From the NCBI RefSeq assembly GCF_006345805.1, contig NC_043002.1, positions 116,746,001 through 116,810,000 on the forward strand: a DNA stretch of 64,000 nt, given 5' to 3'. This document shows positions 12,741 to 27,688 of the stretch, in pieces; the stretch's first letter is position 1, and every line of letters begins with the position of its first letter. A program made the position numbers and the translations under genes. The DNA comes from Octopus sinensis (taxonomy: Eukaryota). The notes below the pieces were generated by a model that had not been told where the DNA came from, searched no databases, and saw only the letters and a program-made list of their open reading frames with translations.

Positions 12741-13507
12741 CAGGACATCAAAAACAGGCGTCTTTCGACTAGGACGAATTAAACTCAGCTGGCGTGTTAG
12801 GAATGTGCCTTGGGGCAGAGAAAAAATGTTGATATAGAGAGTGAGAGAGAGGGAGCGAGAGAGAGGTTGAGAAATTAGGTGGAGAGAATGAGAACAGACA
12901 GCATACAATAATATTCCAGAAATGCACAATTACACTTATCACTTCATCCAGAGATTTTCGCGGTTTCAACGTTTGACTACAAGTCTTTTACGTTAAGGCT
13001 GTCACCAACCGTCAGATACCGTTGTTAGCAAATTATACAGTGGACAAAATGTATAAAAATGATACCAAATTTGTAGTTAAGTCTTAACAATGGATCAGAG
13101 AAAATGAAGAAAAGGAAAATATATGGTTAAGCTCTATATGTATTGTAGAAAAAAAATGTTAGTCTCTTGTGATCAAAATAAGACGAAAGCAAAATAGCAC
13201 AATAGAGTATATAGTCGACCTAAACACATAAATACACACACACACACACATACACAAACACACACATACACAAACACACACATACACAAACACACATACA
13301 TACACACACACATTGGTATGCAGATTCTTGAGAATCAAGGCACATCATCTTGCAGGACGCCAGAAGTGGCTAGGTATGGTAATCTGGAGCTCACGATGAA
13401 ATTAACTATGTTGAAGACTTCAAGTGTTGGCAGGACACCGCAAATACCGGAGCACCAAATCTAATCAAACGCGTAAGTTTTATATTTACTTTTTATTACA
13501 CACACGT

Positions 13508-13576
<69 letters not shown>

Positions 13577-13721
13577 TATATATATATACATATGTACACA
13601 GACATAGATACAGTCACACCGACACACGCGCTCACACACACACATATATATATATACACATACGTATATATACGTACATACATATACATACATCCCACCA
13701 CACATGCATATTGTATATATA

Positions 13722-14100
13722 CTAGCTGGTCAAAAATTGTATATATACTAGCTGGTCAAAAATGACGGCTAATTGTAGTATTTCATATATAAATAATGTA
13801 CAAAACCAAGTGTTTTGTTTAATAATTCTTTTATTACGAAATTCTTTTGTGAAAAATCTATCTGCAATTAACATCCATTGACTGCTTGTTTCCTACAAAA
13901 GAATTTTAAAGTTTTCCTTCCTTCTTGTGCAAATTAAGGCTACATAAAGCTGGTCGTGACTAAATACGGGAGCTGGCAAGTAAATACCAACTTTTTTCGA
14001 AGCGTCGTTTCCTATCAACTGCGCTCCCCATCACTGAAACCAATCGAAACTCATACGACTTAAAGCCACAAAAAGCCGTCCGTGACTTATAGTTGATGTA
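13722..14100 (-). mobile_element. Helitron 3' fragment (PIF1-type helicase C-terminus, CTAG end)
   Basis: Minus strand KKVGIYLPAPVFSHDQLYVAL (~13997-13935); terminus ..gccgtcatttttgaccagCTAG followed by T at 13748/13747; terminus duplicated at 13722. Confidence 0.75.
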
Positions 14101-14736
14101 AAAACTCCCTATTCAAAATTAATTTCATAAATTTCTTAATATAAATAAATTAGGCACATGTATGATCTGCTAAAAGTTTATTTATAATATACTTTTCAAT
14201 TGTAGTTGTTTTATATATCCTTGATGCACTCAGGCGATGATTATATTCTCTAATGAGTTTGTATATGCATATATTTGTGTAGATGTGTGTGATTGTAATA
14301 ACTATGTGTAACACAACAGATAGAATGTGGATGGTAAATCAAATCAATACACTTGTCAATGTTATCTAGTTGTTTTCTTTGAGATGTAACAACGATCATC
14401 GTTTGTTACTGAAACAACGCTGGCTCACACACACAATAACATACTTCTCTTGTGCACGACACGCATACACACAGAGTTGAAACGCTGTTTGATTTTTTTC
14501 ACCCCTTCATATCTTATTCATCTATCACTCCTTCCTTTCTCATTCATATGTTGTGACGGAGAAAAACACAACATATAGTAGAAGATACACGACGCTCTCT
14601 TTGCCACTTCCTCTCTCTCTAATACTTTCTCTAACTTCCTCTCAGTCATGGCTATTACTCTCACTACTTCTCCTTCACTGAATTACTCTCCTCTCCTTTC
14701 TCTTACACTATTCTCTCTCCTACTCCGTGATTTTGG

Positions 14737-14771
<35 letters not shown>

Positions 14772-14875
14772 AATATATAACAACACCACGCTCATTATTA
14801 TATTAGGAGATTATGTATGTATAACAGACGTGTACAAACCCGTACAATCACAGACACACACATACATACCTATAT

Positions 14876-14929
<54 letters not shown>

Positions 14930-14940
14930 TATAATATATA

Positions 14941-14980
<40 letters not shown>

Positions 14981-15000
14981 CCCCAAGTGTACTTACGCCC

Positions 15001-15052
<52 letters not shown>

Positions 15053-15879
15053 TATATAAAATACAAAATGGGACAAGAACGCAAAACATCCATAGAAACG
15101 ATCAGTATATAATGACTTTTATTCTCGCATGTAGTTATTTTGTATGTATGCTGATGAGCTCTAAATAGTTGAAAATATCTTTATAATGTGGTTTCAAGAT
15201 ACATCTTATCGCTTCTCTGATATTTAATGTCAAAATATTCTTGGAGTCTTAGGAAGTTTCGAATGTTTCTATATTTGCCCTCCATGTCTTGTTAACCCAG
15301 CTAGGAATGAGCAAGCTCGAGGTTGTGTAGCAGAAGCAAGAAGTTTAGATTATTCCTTCTATCGAATAGATCTCTCTCTTTCTCTCCCCCTCTCTCTCTC
15401 TCTCTCTTTCTCAGCAGTTTCAGTGATGAAATGTATGCTTCTCAGCTCTGCCGTACCGGTAACTACAAATATTAACTTTACAGACATACCAACAATACAG
15501 GGGAGGTAACTCATTCATCCGGTTGGGATTTAAGCCTTAAAGCATATTGCCATTGACGTAAAGCATTCATCATAGTGAAATATATTGTTCATAAAGTGGC
15601 CTGAGATTGCACGTAAATCAAGTGGATATAACAACAATCACGTGTTATATTAATTCTGCTGTTAAAATATGAGGAACCGCCTTTCAATAAAAGGCTATTT
15701 GTTATAATGGCTGACACATTAATAAAATATTTGTGTACTAGCGATGATTATAACTATGACAACAATAGTAGTTGTCGTTTTCGTCCTTGTCGTCGTTGTA
15801 ATAAGTAGTAATGACAATAACAATAACGATGATGGTGATGATGATGATGAGGAGGAGGAGGAGGAAGAGGAGGCTAATC

Positions 15880-15958
15880 GGGTAATGAAATGGTTATTTT
15901 GGGTTTCGTATATTTGTACCCCAGTCTCACTTTGATAGTATGCGCTGCTCTCTCAGTC
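15880..15958 (+). mobile_element. Terminal fragment of the (AAT)-tailed element seen at 17884
   Basis: cgtatatttgtaccccagtctcactttgatagtatgcgctgctctctcagtc+AAT matches 18290-18344. Confidence 0.7.
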
Positions 15959-16049
15959 AATAACAATAATAATAATGATGATGATGATGATGATGATAAC
16001 ACCACCACCACCACTAACAATAATAATGATAACAACAACAACAAAATGA

Positions 16050-17720
16050 AGAAGAAGAACCGGAGTTAGAGCCAGTGGAAGGTTACAAATATTTAGAGGT
16101 ATAAGAAGGTGATGGAATCAAACATTCAACAATGAGGGAAAAGATCAGAAAAAAAAAGAATGTTATCGCAGAGTAAGGGCAATACGCAAGACAGAGTTAA
16201 ATGAAAAATATAGGATCGAAGCAGTTAATACTTTAAGCCGTACCGGTCGTGACGTACAGTTTCAATATTAGCGAAGCAGTAAGATTTCCAAGCTTGGTAG
16301 AAATATCAGAAAATTGTTGTCAATGAGTAGAATGTTCCATCCTAAGGCAGATGTGGAACGACTTTACTTGCCAAGAAAAGGTGTTCATGGACTTTTACAA
16401 CTTGAATTGACACTGAGAATTGACACGATTGGCCTAAACATTTATCTGAAACATTCTGATGACTGGATGCACGAAAACAAGAAAAACCTCATATTCAGTA
16501 ACAAAAGAGGCAATGAAATATCAAACTAAATTCGAAATACAGCAAGTCCAAGAACTACATGAGCTGAGAAAAAGCTAAGTGTATGAAAACCCTTGCTGAA
16601 AATACTACCTTAAGTATTTTCATTGAAAAATAGCGGGAAAAACCACTCAGTGGCAAATACCCAGAGTTAACAATGCTTATATTAACAAAGCTCTTATCCA
16701 TCAATGGTTAGCATCTTCTGGCTTAAAATCAGAGACAGAAGGGTTTATCATAGCAGCCCATGATCAATGCCTACCTACAAGAAGCTAACAGGCCAATACC
16801 TTAAAGAACAGCAGTGGCCCAACATGTGTATGAAGACAACAAACTGAAAACATCGATCATATTGTCTCCGTGAGTAGCCTTCTTGCACCTACAGAGTATC
16901 TCAACAAGCATGATAGAGTGACACAGTGTGTTCACAGAGTAATTTACAAGGATATGAACCTGCCACATGACAAGAACTGGTGGGAATACAAGCAAACCAC
17001 CTCCAATACTTGAAAATGATCGTATCCTACTCCTTTCGCTTAACTAACAGAAAAATAAATGAAAATAAGTCACACAATATATTGATTTATGTCAGACAAA
17101 AAACCATGCCTTTTCATCGTTCTGATTGTCCCAATCGACATAAATGTATCTGTCAAGGTCTACCAAAAGCTGAGCAAGTATAAAGAACTTGAAATAGAAA
17201 CTGGCAAAATGTGGAAACTCAAGACAAGAACAATACCTGTTATCATAGGTGCTCTAGGAATGATAGCAAAATGGGCTGATAGTTACCTGCCACAGATTCT
17301 AGGTAATCCCCAAATGAAAGAAATTCAAAAAGTAGTGCTCATGGGAACTGCTCATATCCTACGAAAAATACAGTCTATATTTAGACTGTATTTTATCAAA
17401 AGTAATTTAAAGTCTGATAGCATTTTATCAAAAGTAATTTAAACGTACATAACAGTAAATATTTTTTTTACTGTCATCTTTTAAGATGTGTGATTTTAAT
17501 CACACTACCATCTTATTACCAAATTACTTTAAAACATTATAATTTCAATTTTAATTAAGTTTTGACAGATATTCTCTAGATCAGTACTTTGCACAAATCC
17601 AAATCATGGCAGTCATCAACCACCCTAGTCATAATACCGACTTGAACTTGTAACTTGTCCCATGAGGTCGCTGGTTAAGACGAGGAGTGAACTTATACAT
17701 TCACAAAACAAAATCCAAAT
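16050..17720 (+). mobile_element. Degenerate Dong/R4-clade LINE 3' half (same family as 47810)
   Basis: RMFHPKADVERLYLPRKG, GLKSETEGFIIAA, HDRV, PCLFIVLIVP..LSKYKEL..PVIIGALG, MGTAHILRKI; multiple stops. Confidence 0.85.
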
Positions 17721-17751
17721 ACAATTATAGTGATGACGATGATGATGATAG

Positions 17752-17850
17752 AGGAGAGGGCTAGTCGATTACATTGATCCCAGTGCGTAACTGGTACTTA
17801 TTTCATCAATCCCGACACGATGAAAGGCAAAGTCGACCTCGGCTGAATTT
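17752..17850 (-). mobile_element. SINE family 1, partial
   Basis: tagtcgattacattgatcccagtg..tgaaaggcaaagtcgacctcggc is the reverse complement of the family core. Confidence 0.75.
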
Positions 17851-17883
17851 CAATAATAATAATGATAATAATAATAATAATAA

Positions 17884-18344
17884 GATGGGCTGCAGCAAAT
17901 ATTCTGCTCAATACCACAGATTTGCTTATCAGTTGTTTGACCTTAACCAGTTGCGCATGTCCCTTAGTAGCTGACGATATGTGCATCTCTGATCACAAGC
18001 AGAAGTAGTGGGGCGCATCATAGCCATGTATTGAGAGCAATTCTTTGGAGGTTTGGATGATTCACCTTTGGAAACATGGGTGGTTCTTTCAACATCCTTA
18101 AACAACCCTTATTCAGGGACATCTTGAGCGGGATTGGTTCCTCGACCAGAAGAAAATTCTAACTGGGCTCCACCCGCAAAGTCATGTGCTGTTTATCTTG
18201 ATATGAGAACACCATGTCGCGCATATATGGTTGTGATGCATGTGCCTGGTGTACCCTTGTCAGACGGGTAGTCATGATGGGTATACTGGGCTTCATATAT
18301 TTTGCCCCAGTGTCACTTTGATGGCATGCTCTGCTCTCTCACTC
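17884..18344 (+). mobile_element. ~460-bp non-coding retroposon flanked by (AAT)n on both sides
   Basis: 3' part recurs at 57651-57838 and 15880-15958, always ending ctctctca(c/g)t(c/t)+(AAT)n. Confidence 0.7.
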
Positions 18345-18500
<156 letters not shown>

Positions 18501-19222
18501 CTACTAGGAACACAAAACAGAGGCTACTCCTCTCTTTCATGCACTAATACAACATTTATCTACTGAGGTTATTGCTTAGATAAAGTTATACTGCTTTACC
18601 TTAATTCTATTTCTATTTTCAATTTTTTCTCTATTCTTGTTTACATAATTATCTATCTATAAATAAACGAGGACTTGCATATTTATCCTTAATATGTTCT
18701 GGCAGATTCGAAAGTAAATACATATTCGATTCACGTATGCAAGGGATTCTAGATTTTCCAACATGTGTCTCATCAGCCAAAAGTATCCGGACTAACGCAA
18801 CTGACAATTTTATTTGCACGGTGAACAGCTAGAATCGCGTCGATACCTTAATACATCACCACAGATTCGAAGGCAAGCATGCAAATCACTCGTGTTCATC
18901 GCAGAACAGCTTTTCCTTTACAACGTTTTTGTGTTCATAACACTCCCGATTATTTATCCATAACACATATATATATATTGATAGTTTCATACCCATACCA
19001 ACTGCCGGTATCTTAGAGCAAACAAATCACACATAAGCTGTGCGACATTATAAAAGTTTCAGATCGCGTTTAAGAGAGTTTCTAAAAGAAAAGACTGGCA
19101 AAAATTAAGTTTCTAGTTAGAATATTTGTTTCTAAAACTTTTTACGTGGCAATCAATGGAGATGGCTGGCGTTACACATGAATTAATGTAGCAAAGCTTT
19201 AGCCAACATATCACGTATACAA

Positions 19223-19395
19223 GCGGCGAGCTGGCAGAATCGTTTGCGCGCCAGGCAGAATGTTTAAGACATTTCGCCCCATCTTTACATTCTGACGTGA
19301 GCTTTGCCTTTCATTCTATTCGGTGTGGATAAAATAAATGTCGTTTGGGCAGTAGGGTCGATGTCTTCCACGTACTCCTTCCCATACTCAGAATT
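19223..19395 (+). mobile_element. SINE family 1, diverged
   Basis: gcggcgagctggcagaatcg head; ctttgcctttcattc core. Confidence 0.7.
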
Positions 19396-19409
19396 AGCTG
19401 GTCTTCACT

Positions 19410-19870
19410 CATCTCCCACGAAAGGGGTTCTTGCTAAAACTAGGATCATATCAGTAGAAGCCATTCTTTTTAGGAATTAACTACGATGGACAGGCCATCA
19501 CATCCTCATACATGATGAGCGTATTTCCAAACAAGTGTATTATGGCAAGCTTATACTGGGAAAGAGAAGAAATAGTAAGTTGAGAGAAGATACAAAGACT
19601 TTTTAAAGTCAAATTTGAAATGCTTTATATTATGTTACAAAAGTCTTGAATCACTTGCTGCAGTAGGGAAGGGTAGAGAGGTAGGATTTAGAGTAGTTCT
19701 AAAGATTTTGTGTTTGACAGAGCTGAAATGAAAAGAAATGAAAAAAATCGCTGAAGTGAGATTAATATGAATAGCATTGTGAAAGTTTCTCATCCTTTCT
19801 TAAAACGTTATTTAAGTTCAAATTATGCATATCTCGCGCTGGTATGAGATCGCACCAGCGTACCCATGTT
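19410..19870 (+). mobile_element. RTE-clade (BovB-like) LINE 3' remnant
   Basis: Broken translation SVEAI..LRWTGH..DERISKQVYYGKL..GKR..RYKD.LKSNLK, ending SRAGMRSHQRTH (C2H2 remnant). Confidence 0.7.
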
Positions 19871-21299
19871 GGTAAAGCATACATAAACTATTGGAATTTC
19901 ATTCTGGATGACAAGTTCCATTGCAATGTCTGCAAAAAACACCTGCAAGTCATGCGGAGGATATTGGAGCGGAACTTCAACGTTCATAATAAACAAGCGG
20001 AAAATAGAGCCAATTTTGAAACGAGGCTCTTTTAATGCTTTTCAGGGAAAGAGCAATAACAGGCGCCAAAAAAGGTCAAGTTCTAAAAGGAGCAGACAGC
20101 CACCATAGAAAGATACTGACGGTTGAGTGTGTGTGAACAAACTTTACTGAGTCATAAATTGAAGGTTACTTAATGTAATTTTGTATGCTATTGCGCCTAA
20201 TGTTAACTCCCTCAATTTTATTTTAAACGTATCGACAGATCCAGTATAACAATTACGAATCGATCATAATAATGAAAAACATGTCGTACTAGTGTCTCAG
20301 GATACCAACCCATGAGGATCTATCCACTTTTTGAACGTGGACAATTTTCAGGAATGAGTTGTGAGACAAGAAAGGATATACTCAGTGGCCAGATATGACA
20401 GCCGAATTCCGGTAGCTCCAGCACATCGCCAACGCCAGCAGGTCGATAAAGGTGACCACCATGCAGCTGCGGTGGCGAAATATACAATTAAACGGGAATT
20501 GAACAGATTCAAGGAGAAATCGAGTGGGATGACAGGATAATTTAGGTTCAGCAACACCAGAGACAATCGTAGTATTTCCACCATCATTTGACCTTTGAAC
20601 TCTTCTGATTCGACCCCTTCGTCTCCTGTATTTGCAGGGACTTCATCTGAGTAACTAGTGGCTCTATGGGACCAAGAAATCTATGGGGAATACCATTGTT
20701 GGCGGTATGGGCATGGTACCACGTGATATTGGCATGTAGTCATTTCTGCGACCACATCAGGGTTAGAATTCAATTTAATGGTAGTTTTTTTCAATGCCCT
20801 GTTTTGGAAATAACTAGTTGAATGTACATTTTAACGAGGTATGTTGTTTTCTTCTGTTTGCCGTCTGTTTTCCCTTGAACTTCTTTGTTCTCAATTACAC
20901 GTGATAAATTAATGGTTGGTATCTTAATATTTGATTGAAGACATTATAAAGACTAAACTATTGAAATTTTTTAGAGTCTAATTTCACAGAAGAAACCGAT
21001 AAAACGACTGTCTCATTGTAAAGAAGAGCAGTTGTACTATCTCTGGTTTCTCGAATAACGTAACGTTACTAAATTATTTTAAATTCCACTATAATGAGTA
21101 CTAACATTTCTAATAACCAAATATTGCATGTTTCGTCCAACCCGGGAAAAGAGAAAGAAAAAAAAAAAGATGACTCGCCTTTAGAAATTTCAAATGCAAA
21201 GCAATGAAGAAATTCTGATATATTTTTTACAACAAAGATGTTATAAATATGTCTCCCTCAAACTTAATTTACGAGTGTATAAATTACCAATCAAGTTTT

Positions 21300-21790
21300 C
21301 CGCCATCACTGGTATAATATACTGAAACATTTTTTTAATGGTAAATAATACAAACGATAAAGTTTGATAAAATTTGTACACAATATTTACCAAGAATATT
21401 TCTGCACATAAGAAAGAAGGAAAGTTATTTGGAAGAAAGATGACTTTGAAGCACGGGGAAAACATTTATTTCATACGAGAAGAGATCTATTAAAGTTGCA
21501 TCAAAAAACCATAAACCTAGACATTAAGTTACCATTCCGACGTGCATTAGATTTATAGAATAGTAAAATGTAATAAAAATATTCTAATGCCGAAATCATA
21601 GAATGTTTGTGGTCCAGCATCTTGTGAACAATGTCTTTATATCCGAAATATTAACCGTCAGAAAGAACGGAATTCAACGATGTGTGGAACCTTGTGATCT
21701 CAAATGACGCGGCAACAAAAAATTAAAAAATGTTTAGCTGATGATGTTCTACTATGAGCAACTTCCAGTACATATTGAACGAAACTATAA
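21300..21790 (+). pseudogene. Possible very old Helitron Rep/Hel remnant
   Basis: Fragments LYTIFTKN, NVCGPASCEQ and CLADD occur in the order expected for LYxxFP..HVxGPxSFE..GLLxDD. Confidence 0.3.
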
Positions 21791-24063
21791 TTAATTGCCG
21801 CCTTTAATAAGAATGCTGTGTTTAAAAAAACTATGATGTATAAAACTCAAAATAAATATTAAAAAAAAAGACAGCGAAACCGTAAATTAGACAAGGGGCT
21901 TAGTCATTGAATAAGCATGTTGCTTGAATTACAAAATATATTTAAATAAAAAATGTAACATAACTGAGTTAGTGTCTAATTTACACCTTTTCATTTTAAA
22001 ATACACGGGATTAAGTGACTTTAAACAGAATATTTTATCGACAGAACGTATGTGTTTTAAAATTATTAGTGGGTGCTGATAAATATCGGCTGGGCAAATT
22101 TTGCGTGAATGATATAATCAATAGCTTCGTGAGTTACAGAAATATATGTATATATATTTTTTCTATGAAGTGAATTGCCTATGGCAAAAGCTATATGGAA
22201 AGCAATTTATACAAAGAATAAAACAGGTGAAAACACGACATTATACAAGGATATTAATATAAAATATACTGGTGGAAAATCCCGAATAAAGAGTCTATAA
22301 AATACACACACAACAGGCCGGATATTGATTTTTGGAATACAGAACAAAAAGCTAAGTGTCGAGGAAACCAGCTGTGCTACAGACGGAAATATGACATCAA
22401 AATCAACGAATATGATAACTTTTATGGCTAATTAATACAAAATGTTAGCGTTTTTACTAATGCTATAGATTCATGTACCTAACATCATTAATGCAGTCAA
22501 TGACGTCATTTTAATATTAATGACTGGAGGATAAAGGAGCAAAAACTAAATTAGAACGATTAATTTTTTTTAATAAGTTCATCTCTCATACACGCATCTG
22601 TATACTCCTAATTGATCTACGAAGATATTATGTTCAAAACAACTCTGACAGAGTAGACAGTCCTGTTCGGAGATCCCTAGTCATTCATTTAATGACGGGC
22701 TTTCAGCATATTAAATACATTGTTAGATACATTTATGCGGACAAACGTTTACGCTATATCATCTGTACGAGTAAACATATTCTGTCTGCTCATCCCATTC
22801 GTCACTATATTTATAGATACAAGCATATTTGATAAATATATAAACTACTTGCATTCAAACATTTCCCAACAATCTGTACACGACTTGATTCTATTTTAGA
22901 AAAAAAAAACTGACATTTTATAAGATCATGATTTCTTTGTTTTGAGAGAAAAACACTGAAGCAATCTACTTGGCTCTACTTAGAAAAAAATCACAAGCTA
23001 TCTGCATAGGATAACAGATGAATAAAATATGCCAGGCAACATTAAACGAAGAGTGTAAAACAGTATCATGCTGAGTGACACATTATTGATTTTCCGGCAG
23101 TGACTAACCTCCATAATAACATTGCCAAGAATGGCACGCTAGCGCATATTTTGTTTATTTATTTGTTTATATATTTATTTATTTATATTTATTTATTTAT
23201 TGTTGAGATCGGATTAAAGCAAACACACAAACTAAGCAAATATTCGAAACTTTACAGTATATGCATACGCACAAATGTGTATAAATCATCTAGCACATTC
23301 TGAGCGCTAGAATATATTTATGTCTGATCATGAGATATATTTAAATCTTATCAAATTGCCAAATATGCGTATATGTAGGCAAATTTGAAAGAAAGGTTAT
23401 ATGAGGACAAGAATATCTGCATTTATCTATGTAAAAACAACGCCATTATCTTAATACATTGCTGGTGCAATGTATAGATGTAACGTGACCGAATGTTTAA
23501 GAAGTTTATTCGCAATCAAGTGGCCTACGTAGTATCATGGGTCAACCAAAGTTTTGTGAGTGAAATCGTGCAGGCGGAAACTCTGTGCAAACCCATTGGA
23601 GTGAACATATCCGTAATTCAAAGATTCAGCCTTGTCATGTGTTGTAGAACGATAATTCTTCGCCATGGTTATGTTAAGGCTATAAGGGTGTGTGTGTTTG
23701 TGAAATACGCAGCCACTTCACATGTTAATTCACAAAGCATGCAACCGATTCAGTCCATCAGTTGAATCCTCATCAAAATTGACAGAGATCTATTTGCTTT
23801 TTTACAGTATTTGTGAGTGTGTGAGTGTGTGTGCGTGTGTGCGTGTATGAGTGTGTGAGTGTGTTTACGTGTGTGCGTTATATATATATAAATAGATGAG
23901 TGTATTTTTGCCTTGTTAACAATTAACACGGAAAACATAAATAACGAGTTACCAGGGTAGCAAAAAATCACACAAGTAAAGAGGTTCTTTTGAATAATAT
24001 CAGTGGAATCTTCGAAACATGTGTCGAAAGTAAAAGTATTGATTTATACCTGCGTTAAACTCC

Positions 24064-24116
<53 letters not shown>

Positions 24117-24134
24117 TATATATATATATATATG

Positions 24135-24196
<62 letters not shown>

Positions 24197-26478
24197 CATA
24201 TATGCAGATGTATGTATGTGCATATAAATAACTAACATAATCAACTTTACGTATGACAGATGCATGTTAAATTGTAGAAGACTTGCTTTTTACAACCACT
24301 CTGTGGAATTTCTGGTCGCCTTGATTTCCCAGAATTCTTCTGAATGTTTACTAGTTAGGTTTTCTCTTATAAAGTATTCATTAGATGAACTGAGAGAGTA
24401 TCTCTGTGGCTCATGCGTCTGCTGGGTGCAGTTTCCACTCAACCCCTGTTGTTAACGACGATTGCCCTATATTGCTGACGTGTAGTGTTCTGACTAGAAG
24501 ATTCCGGCATATTTAAACCCGCTTTCGTTGACAGACTCTCTATCGGCGAATGATTCAAGTTATCTGATCCATTTTGCAGAATATGTCCTTTCAGTAAAAC
24601 TTTTTAGTGGCGTCGGGGTGCATTTCCTCAGTAACTCTTTCCTGTAAAAGAGAAAGCTCCAGTGCCAAGAATTATTGAAGACAGCAGATACCTCCTCCTC
24701 CAAAGTGAAGGAGAATTCCAGAATTGCAGTCACCTTAAACGTGACCGGTATAAATTGTAAATTGTCATGCGATGTTACATGTCATAATGAGGAATCAGCA
24801 AACATGGGTCCAGATGAAATGAATTGAAAACGTGATGTGCATGGTTGGCGCCATTGGTACAGGATAGGAGAATATCAGAGCAGATACATAGGTCTATCGC
24901 AGACAGTGGGAGGCCATGAGTACAGTTCATGAATTTTGGGGAGAAAGAATGAAAAAATTGGTGGTTATAGATTAAATAAGAGGGTAGGAGATGAGCTACA
25001 GTACATTTATTAGTTAAACAAGACATTTACTATAGTGAAGCATGAAGAAGATGTAAGTCCCACTTATCAATGTCATTCATACAGATGATCTATATAAAGG
25101 CTGAGTGGTAACAGATGGGAAGAAAGGGGAGTAGATATATTTTGCGTTCGTCGTTTATGTCCTGGTAAAGAGTTGAAGCATAGTTTGTCCAAAAGTCCAT
25201 ACTTACCCTGTTTGTGTATGTTTATGTTAGTTTGCATGTGTACGAATAAATATAAATATGTGTGTGTTTATGTGCGTGCACGTGTGTGTCAACTTCATCT
25301 TCAAATATAATAATACATTTTCAATTGCTTTCACATGCTCTTTAGCAAAGTAAAATTTATATTGTTAAAAATATGAGATAAGGTATAGTCCAGAATCTAG
25401 AATATGAGATAGGGTATAGTCCAGATAGGGTATAGTCTAGAATTGGTGGTGGTCTGCGGTGGCAAACAGTCCTTAAGAGTGTCCATGAAGTGTTCGAGCT
25501 CTTTCCCTTCGTCAAAAATCGAGAAATACATTTCTAAGTTAGAATGACAATAGGTTAAAATTTTTATGATAGTAAAATTATTTTCAATAATCCATTAGCT
25601 GGTTCCAAGTCTTGGCCTAAAATGACTTCATCTACTGCATTAATGGTTTTCTGAAAACTATCAATGCAATGAGCCCTACGGTCTCTTCTATTACAGTTCT
25701 AAGTTATCATTTAGGTTTCAGAAAACATCAGTTCATATGTAGTACACATCACTATATAATTTGATGTGCATTAGAATAAAACACATTTGTCTCAAGTTTC
25801 TTGCATAATTAAATAACGTTAATTTGTTTTATACTCTTTATATACAGCGAATTGGCAGACAAGTTTTTTTTCTCATAGGTATTTTCTTATAGGTGTAGAA
25901 CAGAGCCTTAAAAAAACGGTTCAACAGTAAATATCACGTAAACAGACAATCGGTGACTAAAAATAAGAACAAGCCTCAGAAAATTTATGTATGTGAAAAC
26001 TGATAACACAAACATAAAGTCACAGGCTGCCACATTTCAATAATTAACATAGATACATGGAAACAGATCGGGAGACCTAAATATGATGAAGCCTCGAAGA
26101 TTACCTGTGGTATTTCAGAAGAAAACATACACTCTAAGGGCGAATTGATAAGTAACATTACATTTCGTGAGATAACATTAAAGGAAAAAAAAATAATGTT
26201 AAATAATACAACAAATTTATTCGGTACTGACTGGATGGATTTATTTAAGTTACGGGACCTCCCCATGTATCTACTCTGTAAAAAAGTGAATGGTTTCTTT
26301 CTCCCAGTACAAATATGATATCAGACGAATTGAAAAAGAATAATTAAAAAATATATTTCCTGAATTTCTGGCTGATAAATTAGGTCTGTGCACCAAAACG
26401 AAGGCGCGGTTTCAAATACAAGAAAACGCCATACCGACATTTAAGCAAAAACGAACTGTACCGTTCGCAGCGTTAAGA

Positions 26479-26560
26479 GAGAAGAAGAAGAAGAAGAAGA
26501 AGAAGAAGAAGAAGAAGAAGAAGAAGAAGAAGAAGAAGAAGAAGAAGAAGAAGAAGAAGA
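26479..26560 (+). repeat. (GAA)n microsatellite
   Basis: Pure tract. Confidence 0.97.
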
Positions 26561-26689
26561 TTTAGTTCACTTGTGATCTAAATGAATAGGTACGCTGAGT
26601 GCCATAGAATGTCGACCGTTAGGTTCCAAGATTATAGCTAAGGCTGGATCTAGGGATCCGTGTTAGGATTCCGTTATAGCATGTATATA

Positions 26690-27688
26690 TTATATTAGAA
26701 GAAAAATCAAAACTAAGGCAGAACGAATATCTCAAGTCATTTAGAATAATTTAATTAGGGTAAGGTGAATTTGATGTCATAGAGCCCTTTTTCTTGGATA
26801 ACCCAAGTGGTAAGTTAGCATGTCCGTGCACTGGGTATTCCGTCATCAGAGACAAGGTACGAATATTTTAGACGGGGAAGAACTTACAGTTTATAAAGAA
26901 TAAAATAAAAGGACAAAAGAGTAAGATTAGCTGAAAAAAATAGGTAGAGTTTTGTGAGTTGTGTACGAAAGAGAGAGAGAGAGAGAGAGAAAGAGAGATT
27001 GGGGATTGGAATAAAAATATTCTTATTTTTATTTTATTTTTATTTTTTCATTTTTATATTTTTATATTCTATGTATTTTATATATTTTATTTATTTTATT
27101 TTTTTATTCTTATTTTTACCCTTTTATCACTATTTTATTTTTTTATTCCTTATTCCCATTTGTGTTTCTCTCTTTCACTTCTCTCTCTCTCTCTCTCATA
27201 CATCCACTCACAAACTCATTCATGGCCATCATACTTTCTCGCTCTATATACACATTTACAACATGGATACAACATTCAGAACACTGCCAAAATATTGCCT
27301 GGATTAACCTGGGATTTTACCTAAAAACCTCTACTGTCATGGAAGTAACGAACAACATCCATATCCTCTGGAAAAAGATGAGCTGTGAACATTATTCTCC
27401 TGCCTATATTCTTCTAACTACTTTTACACTTTATTCTTCTATTTTATTCCTTTATTCTTTTCTTTTATTCCTTATAATCTGTGAATTTTATTCGATGTAA
27501 ACTGTAAATTTTCCCCCGTCTAAAATATTCATAGCTTGTCTCTGACGGAATACCCCTTTGCACGGACATGCTAACTTACCACTTGGGTTATCTTAGAAAA
27601 GGGCTGTAAGGCTTCAGATTCATCTTACACTAATTAAATTATTCTAAATGACTTGAGACACTCGATCTTCCTTTGTTTTGATTTTTCA

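Noticed and set aside
15146-15180. Hammerhead at CTGATGAGCTCTAAATAGTTGAAA
   Set aside because: Canonical core, but stems I and III cannot be formed convincingly; at best a decayed copy.
19844-20108. Zinc-finger or hAT-like ORFs (FHCNVC)
   Set aside because: The first part is the RTE tail; the rest lacks a complete motif.
24300-24655. Minus-strand exon after a strong acceptor (tttctcttttacag)
   Set aside because: All three frames hit stops within 30 codons.
25370-25445. Short nested tandem duplication (atatgagatagggtatagtccag)
   Set aside because: Ordinary slippage duplication with no further structure.
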